From: a bacterium
Lineage (GTDB): Bacteria > UBA8248
Length of the DNA: 64,000 bases
Assembly: GCA_965213625.1 (NCBI GenBank)
Contig: CBDBZU010000004.1
Span: 3,104,001 to 3,168,000, forward strand
Reading direction: 5' to 3'
The position numbers and the translations under genes are program-made. The notes beneath the pieces are model-generated. The model was not told where the DNA came from. It searched no databases and saw nothing but the letters and a program-made list of their open reading frames with translations. Shown piece by piece: positions 58,570 to 64,000 of this stretch (position 1 is the stretch's first letter; every line of letters begins with the position of its first letter).

Positions 58570-59385
58570 TCATGGCTGAACGAGCGCTCCGCGCTTCATG
58601 GGGAATTTCGCTTGCCCGCGCTCGGCGAGCGCGCAGACGGGACAATCCGGGTCCTGGGCCACATCCACGCTCCCGACGGCGTTTTTCCACAAATCAGCCG
58701 TCATCAGCCTGTTCGACCAGGCGGGATCGAGCCCCACCAGAACACGCAGCGCGTCTGCGGCCTGCGCCATGCCCACGAAACCGGCCACCGCGCCGAAAAC
58801 GCCCGCATCCCCGCAGTCGAGGCCGCGCGCGTTTGCGCCCTCCTCGCCTACCAGACACCTCAGACACGCGCTCTCACCCGGCAGAATCGTCATCATTTGG
58901 CCGAAAAAGCGCAAGACGCCCCCCATCACCCACGGCCTGCCCGCTTCGGCGCAGGCTTCGTTCAGCGCGAGTTTTGTGGCCAGATTGTCGCTGCCATCGA
59001 CGATGACGTCATAAGGCGCGATGATTCTGGCGACGTTCCCGCTCGTGAGTTTCTGAGGAATCTTGTCCACAGCCACCTCGGCGGAAAGCCTGAATATGGA
59101 ATCAGCGCCTGAGTCCACTTTCAGGCGGCCGATGTCTTCGGTGCGGTGGAGAATCTGGCGCGCGAGGTTGTCGAGCGTCACGGCGTCGTGATCCGCAAGC
59201 CCGATGCGGCCCACGCCCGCCACGGCCAGGGCCAGCGCCGCAGGGCAGCCCAGGCCGCCGACGCCCACGATTAGCGCGGATGAGGCCGCCAGGGCGTTAT
59301 TCCAACTCACGCGTGCCGTGGATGTGCTTGCGGACGCTGGCGGCGCTTTATCGGGCAACCCCTTGCGAGGAAAATGAAGACTCAT
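58570..59385 (-). CDS. ThiF/MoeB E1-like adenylyltransferase lacking the N-terminal RYSR segment
   Basis: GVGGLG, D.D.V...NL.RQ, KV, DGSDN, CLRC, LDCGDAGV, CPVC. Confidence 0.9.
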   Translation of the reverse strand: MSLHFPRKGLPDKAPPASASTSTARVSWNNALAASSALIVGVGGLGCPAALALAVAGVGRIGLADHDAVTLDNLARQILHRTEDIGRLKVDSGADSIFRLSAEVAVDKIPQKLTSGNVARIIAPYDVIVDGSDNLATKLALNEACAEAGRPWVMGGVLRFFGQMMTILPGESACLRCLVGEEGANARGLDCGDAGVFGAVAGFVGMAQAADALRVLVGLDPAWSNRLMTADLWKNAVGSVDVAQDPDCPVCALAERGQAKFPMKRGALVQP

Positions 59386-59876
59386 GCGCCCGCCTCCTCG
59401 AAAATTTCCAGCTCGTTCTCGATAAAGGTCTTTTGCTCCGCATCCCAGTAATACACCTTCTGGCCAAGTACGGCGCCTTCGCGCACGCTCATGACAACGT
59501 GCTCGGCATCCGGGAACGCCGGAATATCCCCGAAAGGAACCGCCGCATCCACGTCTTCCTGCGAAAAATAGGCATCCTCGTCCGGGTGGCTGTGGAATAT
59601 GCCGCGAACCACCTCGCCCGCCTTCTCCGCTTCTCTCACGATGCGCTCGAACTCGAAGGGATCGATCAGAAAGGCGCGCCGCGCCGTCCGTGGATATATT
59701 TCCGGGTCCTTCTCGTGCATCTCGTTCTGCACGTTCTTACAAGGCTGGAGTGCGAGCGTTTCAACTTTGCCCTCCAGCCCAGGCGGGGGACCGATTATCA
59801 ACCCGCAGCACTCATCGGGATACGCCTCTCGCGCGTGATGGTGCATCGCCTCCACCTGTTCAAGTGTCAGACGCAA
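59382..59876 (-). CDS. JAB/Mov34 (M67) metalloprotease, Mec-like
   Basis: YPDECCG and FHSHPDEDAYFSQED (HxHx7Sx2D JAMM motif). Confidence 0.92.
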   Translation of the reverse strand: MRLTLEQVEAMHHHAREAYPDECCGLIIGPPPGLEGKVETLALQPCKNVQNEMHEKDPEIYPRTARRAFLIDPFEFERIVREAEKAGEVVRGIFHSHPDEDAYFSQEDVDAAVPFGDIPAFPDAEHVVMSVREGAVLGQKVYYWDAEQKTFIENELEIFEEAGA

Positions 59877-59887
59877 AACAAGCCTCC

Positions 59888-60826
59888 CTAGCGCGCTTCG
59901 CTCAAGTACCTGTCCCCCCCGTCGGGGAGCAGGGTGACGATAACGCCCTTCCCTATCTGCTTCGCCACCTCGCGCACGCCCACGAGCGCGGCTCCCGCCG
60001 AGTGGCCGATGAAGAGGCCCTCTTCTTTCGCGATGCGTTCGGCGAGATCGTAGCTTTCCTCGGTGCTCGCCAGAATCAGGTTGTCGTGCACGCTTTCATC
60101 GTAAATCTCCGGGCGTATGGCCGTGGGGATGTGCTTCATGCCCTCCAAACCATGAAATGATTCCGAGGGCATAACCGCATACACCACGACATCCTGCTTC
60201 CTTGCCTTCAAGCCGCGCCCCGTGCCCACCAGGGTGCCCGTGGTGCCGAGACCCGCAACGAAGTGCGCCACCCGCCCGTCGGTCTGCTCCAGAATCTCGA
60301 CCGCCGTTGTCTCCACGTGTGCGAGCGGATTGGCGGGGTTGTCGTACTGGCAGGGTAAAAAGTATTTTTCCGGCTCCTCGCGGTACATCTTCGCCGCGAG
60401 GCGCTGCGCGCCGTCCGAACCCTCCAGGGGATCAGAGAGAACGATGTCGGCCCCGTAGCCCTTGAGCGTCGCCTTGCGCTCGTCGCTCGCGTTCGCAGGC
60501 AAGACGAGGCGGATGGGAATCCCGAGTGCGGCGCCTATCATGGCGTACGCGATGCCGGTGTTCCCGCTCGTGGAATCCAGGAGAATCTTGCCGGGGCGCA
60601 ACTGGCCCGTTTCCAGGCCGTCTTTCACCATGAAGAGCGCCGGCCTGTCCTTCACCGAGCCGCCCGGATTGAACCACTCCGCCTTGGCGTAGACCTCAAC
60701 GTCCGGGAATTCGATCTCGAACAACTTGATCTTGAGCAACGGGGTGTTGCCGATACACTTGATTATCGGGGAATCCTCCAGGTTTCTGAACGCGCTCGCG
60801 GGATTCTCCACCGTCGATTCGACCAT
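59888..60826 (-). CDS. cysM: Cysteine synthase, CysM-like
   Basis: NPGGSVKDRPA, STSGNTG, QYDNPAN, GLGTTGT; adjacent to sulfur carrier and JAB genes. Confidence 0.82.
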   Translation of the reverse strand: MVESTVENPASAFRNLEDSPIIKCIGNTPLLKIKLFEIEFPDVEVYAKAEWFNPGGSVKDRPALFMVKDGLETGQLRPGKILLDSTSGNTGIAYAMIGAALGIPIRLVLPANASDERKATLKGYGADIVLSDPLEGSDGAQRLAAKMYREEPEKYFLPCQYDNPANPLAHVETTAVEILEQTDGRVAHFVAGLGTTGTLVGTGRGLKARKQDVVVYAVMPSESFHGLEGMKHIPTAIRPEIYDESVHDNLILASTEESYDLAERIAKEEGLFIGHSAGAALVGVREVAKQIGKGVIVTLLPDGGDRYLSEAR

Positions 60827-60859
60827 TGATATGGCCCTCGCACTTTGCTCCTGAAACTC

Positions 60860-61507
60860 TCAGGAAAGGTTCGCACGCGCCTCCATTAGGCCATGCGAAA
60901 AATCGAATCGGGCCTGCACAGTCGACCCCACTGTATCCGTCTCATCCACCAGATGCCTTAAAGTTCTGGCGGCCAGCCATGCGCCCAAAGCGCCCTGGGC
61001 CGCCGTTGAGGCTGACCCTACTTGAGGCGCCATGTTCGGCTTCTCGAAAACGCCGGGGCCTTCTGAAAACTCGCCCGCCTCACCACGGCTCATGCCTCGT
61101 ATATCGAATTTTCCCATTAACTTGACCGTCTCGATATTTCCGGCGGATTCATCGCCCAGCCGGATGAGGACATCGAAATCCTTTCCCGCCACTTCACCCG
61201 GATGAATCGGAACCAGCCTCGAATCGGGATTTAGCCTCTTGAGGCCATTGCCCAGGCTGCCGCCATAGAAGGCGCAAAGCGGCGATTCCCGCTTGAGCCC
61301 ATCGCCTCCATCGAGCGCACACCAGCCGATGCGTCCCACGCCCGCAGCGGCCAGATAGGCCAGGGCCATGAGCGCCGCGCTTTCCTCATCCTCAGAAAAG
61401 ACAATGAGGACGGACGAGGCGAGCAAGCGCTCCTGGCCGACCCCTCCCACGCCGGGGAGTAGTACGTGGCGGCTGTAGCGCTGAATCTGCTCTTCGCTCA
61501 GACCCAA
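60860..61507 (-). CDS. Catalytically degenerate ThiF/MoeB-like protein retaining RYSR
   Basis: LSEEQIQRYSRHVLLP.VG..GQERL, LAAAGVGRI, LKRLNPD; no GxGGxG, NLxRQ or CxxC motifs. Confidence 0.8.
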   Translation of the reverse strand: MGLSEEQIQRYSRHVLLPGVGGVGQERLLASSVLIVFSEDEESAALMALAYLAAAGVGRIGWCALDGGDGLKRESPLCAFYGGSLGNGLKRLNPDSRLVPIHPGEVAGKDFDVLIRLGDESAGNIETVKLMGKFDIRGMSRGEAGEFSEGPGVFEKPNMAPQVGSASTAAQGALGAWLAARTLRHLVDETDTVGSTVQARFDFSHGLMEARANLS

Positions 61508-61540
61508 GGGACAACTCTCCTCTCGGGAGTTTTCGGACGA

Positions 61541-61819
61541 TTAGAGGCCGCCCGCAATGGCCGGCACGATGGAGACCTCATCCCCATCGCTCACCGCCGT
61601 CCCCTCGCCCTGCAGGAAGCGGATGTCCTCCTGGTTCACATAAATGTTCACGAAGCGGCGCAGCTTGCCCTCCTCGTCATAGAGGCGCTGGCCGATGCCC
61701 GCGAACTGGTTGTCGAGATTTGCGAGCACTTCCTTCACGTCCGCGCCCGCGATATCCACGGCGTCCTGCTGCTGGGTGAACTCCTGTAAAGGTGTCGGAA
61801 TACGAACCGTTACCGCCAT
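61541..61819 (-). CDS. Ubiquitin-like sulfur carrier (CysO/MoaD family)
   Basis: VRIPTPL, LRRFVNIYVN.EDIRFL.G, DGDEVSIVPAIAGG-L. Confidence 0.93.
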   Translation of the reverse strand: MAVTVRIPTPLQEFTQQQDAVDIAGADVKEVLANLDNQFAGIGQRLYDEEGKLRRFVNIYVNQEDIRFLQGEGTAVSDGDEVSIVPAIAGGL

Positions 61820-61872
61820 TTCTGTCTCCTGATCTGAATGCCCCGCCTTCCGGGGATGCCGAATGAAGATTC

Positions 61873-62832
61873 CTAACGAAAATGCTGCTCCAGACTATAA
61901 TATCTCTCCCAGCCGTCGGGTATGACGACCACCACGTTTTCCTCGGGACTCATCCGCCGCGCCACCTCCAAAGCGGCGCTAACCGCCGCGCCCGCCGAAA
62001 TACCTGCGGCCATGCCCTCCTCGCGGCTTAAGGCCTTGCTCATGTCGTATGCGTCCGAATCGCTCACCGGCATCACCTCATCAATGATCTCCCGGTTGAG
62101 AACGGCGGGAATAAAGCCCGCGCCGATACCCTGAATCTGGTGCGGGCCGGGTTCTCCGCCCGAAAGAACAGGGGACGCGGCGGGCTCCACTCCCACGACG
62201 AGCGTTTCGGACCGCCTCTCCTTCAGGACCTCGCCGACTCCCGTAATGGTGCCACCCGTCCCCACGCCCGCCACGAAGGCATCCACCGCCTCCGCGCCCA
62301 TATCGCGCAGAATCTCGCGCGCCGTGGTTCTACGGTGGATTTCCGGGTTGGCCGGGTTGTTGAACTGCTGGGGCATGAAGTAGTCCGGGTTCTCATCCAA
62401 AATGGCTTCCGCCATCACGAGGGAGCCGTACATGCCACCCTCGCTCGAGCTGAATACCACCTCGGCCCCGTAGCCCGTGAGCAGGGATTTGCGCTCGTGG
62501 CTCATGCTCTTGCTGAGCACGATAATCGTCCTGTAGCCGCGAATGGCGCCGATGAGCGCCAGGCCTATCCCTGTGTTTCCGCTCGTGGGTTCGATGATCG
62601 TTCCACCGGGCCTCAAGAGACCGCGCCGTTCGCCGTCGAGCACCATGCTGAGCGCGATGCGATCCTTCACGCTTCCGCCGGGGTTGTACTGTTCGAGCTT
62701 TGCGAAGACGCGCGCGCCGGACGCATCCGGCAGGCGCTGCAGTTGGACGAGGCTCGTGCTTCCGATGCGATCGATGAGCGAGGGAAGCGCCCTTAGAATC
62801 TGGGGCGGACGGCCCCGGGTGCCCAATGCCAT
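61873..62832 (-). CDS. cysK: Cysteine synthase A
   Basis: NPGGSVKDRIA, EPTSGNTGIG, QQFNNPANP..H, GVGTGGT, HQIQGIGAGFIP, ERY.S. Confidence 0.93.
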   Translation of the reverse strand: MALGTRGRPPQILRALPSLIDRIGSTSLVQLQRLPDASGARVFAKLEQYNPGGSVKDRIALSMVLDGERRGLLRPGGTIIEPTSGNTGIGLALIGAIRGYRTIIVLSKSMSHERKSLLTGYGAEVVFSSSEGGMYGSLVMAEAILDENPDYFMPQQFNNPANPEIHRRTTAREILRDMGAEAVDAFVAGVGTGGTITGVGEVLKERRSETLVVGVEPAASPVLSGGEPGPHQIQGIGAGFIPAVLNREIIDEVMPVSDSDAYDMSKALSREEGMAAGISAGAAVSAALEVARRMSPEENVVVVIPDGWERYYSLEQHFR

Positions 62833-62875
62833 GATAGTACCCTTCCAAGTCTTTTACATAGACCAGCCGAGCGTG

Positions 62876-62908
62876 AGACTATAATTCCCAAACAAATTTG
62901 TCAAGAAT
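62876..62908 (-). promoter_or_regulatory. Sigma70 promoter of the cys operon overlapped by an IscR type-1-like operator
   Basis: Minus strand TTGACA, 17 bp, TAGTCT; 25-mer ATTCTTGACAAATTTGTTTGGGAAT covers the -35. Confidence 0.65.
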
Positions 62909-63034
62909 TCCCAATTAAAGAGTTTTTCCGTTTTTTCTTCCCTTCAACATATTCCCGCATACTCCCAATTTATACTCGGTGTGCTACATTTCCATGTCGC
63001 ATCGCCTTATGATGTGACTCGAAAGGAGAGAGAC

Positions 63035-63856
63035 ATGGCGACATCCGCGGGCGTTCCTCCCATCGCCCTCACCATAGCGGGCTCGGATTCTGGCGGCGGC
63101 GCCGGAATTCAAGCCGACCTCAAGACTTTCAGCGCATTCGGCGTCTATGGCGCCTCGGTCATCACCGCGCTGACGGCGCAAAATACGGTGGGTGTACAGG
63201 GGGTGCACGGTGCGCCGCCTGATTTCATCGCGGCGCAATTCGACTCGGTGTGTTCGGACTTGGACGTAGCTAGCGCAAAAATCGGCATGCTCGCCACTGT
63301 CGACGTCATCGAGGTCGTGGCCGAAAAGCTCAAAGAACACGCGCTCGCGCGTGTCGTGCTCGATCCGGTAATGGTCGCCAAAAGCGGCGACCGCCTCCTG
63401 GCGCCCGACGCGAGAGACGCGCTCGTCGAAAATCTCTTTCCGCTGGCAGAGGTCGTCACCCCCAACACCGAAGAAGCGCGCGATATCCTCGAATCCGGAG
63501 AAATAGAAAACCTCGCACAGATGAAAGACGCCGCACGTGCCCTCCACGAGCGTGGGGCGAAATGCGTTCTGCTCAAAGGGGGCCACATCACCGACGGGGC
63601 GGTTGACATTTTTTTCGACGGAGAAAACGAGGTCGCCCTGGAAGGCAGGCGGGTCGACACCCCCCATACCCACGGTACGGGATGTACGCTATCCTCGGCC
63701 ATCGCGGCCGGACTGGCGCTGGGGGAATCGACCATCGAGGCGGTGAGGCGGGCGAAAGGTTTCATTCAGGGCGCCATCGAGAACGCGCTCGCCATCGGTA
63801 ACGGCAGAGGGCCGCTGAACCACATGTACCGCCAATACGAGGAAAAATCGCCGTGA
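63035..63856 (+). CDS. thiD: Hydroxymethylpyrimidine/phosphomethylpyrimidine kinase
   Basis: LTIAGSDSGGGAGIQADLKTF, KIGML, VLDPVMVAKSG, LLKGGH, THGTGCTLSSAIA. Confidence 0.96.
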   Translation: MATSAGVPPIALTIAGSDSGGGAGIQADLKTFSAFGVYGASVITALTAQNTVGVQGVHGAPPDFIAAQFDSVCSDLDVASAKIGMLATVDVIEVVAEKLKEHALARVVLDPVMVAKSGDRLLAPDARDALVENLFPLAEVVTPNTEEARDILESGEIENLAQMKDAARALHERGAKCVLLKGGHITDGAVDIFFDGENEVALEGRRVDTPHTHGTGCTLSSAIAAGLALGESTIEAVRRAKGFIQGAIENALAIGNGRGPLNHMYRQYEEKSP

Positions 63857-63925
63857 GCCACGTATTCTCGCGCCACCGGATTTTTCATATTTCAGGCCAC
63901 GATTCAACGAAAGGAAGGAGCCGTT

Positions 63926-64000
63926 ATGAGCGACAGCCACGATAATAAACCCTTGCGCGTGCGGGAGAGCGAAGCCCTGAGCGGGGAATTGCCCGTGCCC
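63926..64000 (+). CDS. Start of a gene running off the window; possibly aroA/murA-type
   Basis: AAGGAG RBS, MSDSHDNKPLRVRESEALSGELPVP resembles the L.G.+.VP start of EPSP synthase; only 25 codons are visible. Confidence 0.4.
   Translation, partial: MSDSHDNKPLRVRESEALSGELPVP

Noticed and set aside
58570-61819. Protein-conjugating ubiquitination or CBASS/Bil-type defence system
   Set aside because: No E2, RING or cyclase genes; the context of two cysteine synthases points to sulfur transfer.
62840-63035. TPP riboswitch upstream of thiD (also checked before the ThiO-like gene)
   Set aside because: No GCTGAGA plus CCTGA...GCGxAGG core is recognisable.

Overview
Bacterial chromosomal DNA, mostly GC-rich, with a distinctly lower-GC first ~7.7 kb. 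It is dominated by metabolic and transport genes: gltX with tRNA-Gln, LLM/SDR/MDR oxidoreductases, MFS, TRAP, TAXI and ABC binding proteins, PhoX with a Pho-box promoter, a divergent SucCD/citryl-CoA-synthetase-like ligase, four PLP enzymes, a DNA-repair radical SAM gene, tRNA-Glu and thiD. Intergenic space is packed with several REP-like palindrome families, MITE-like elements and one IS1182-family element inserted in a REP. The main observations are five. (1) A sulfur-carrier cysteine operon (cysK, ubiquitin-like carrier, E1-like gene, cysM, JAB protease, second E1-like gene, IscR-like regulator) has two ThiF/MoeB paralogues with complementary motifs, suggesting a bacterial heterodimeric E1. 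(2) An AhpD/CMD-family selenoprotein (CxxU plus SECIS hairpin) is split by the ORF track. (3) A 737-codon surface lipoprotein metalloprotease gene is interrupted by a single in-frame TAG. (4) Two putative HEPN defence genes lie convergently. (5) An unexplained ~0.55 kb AT-rich non-coding element occurs twice. All family calls come from motif recognition by eye; no searches were run, and GC statements are visual estimates.
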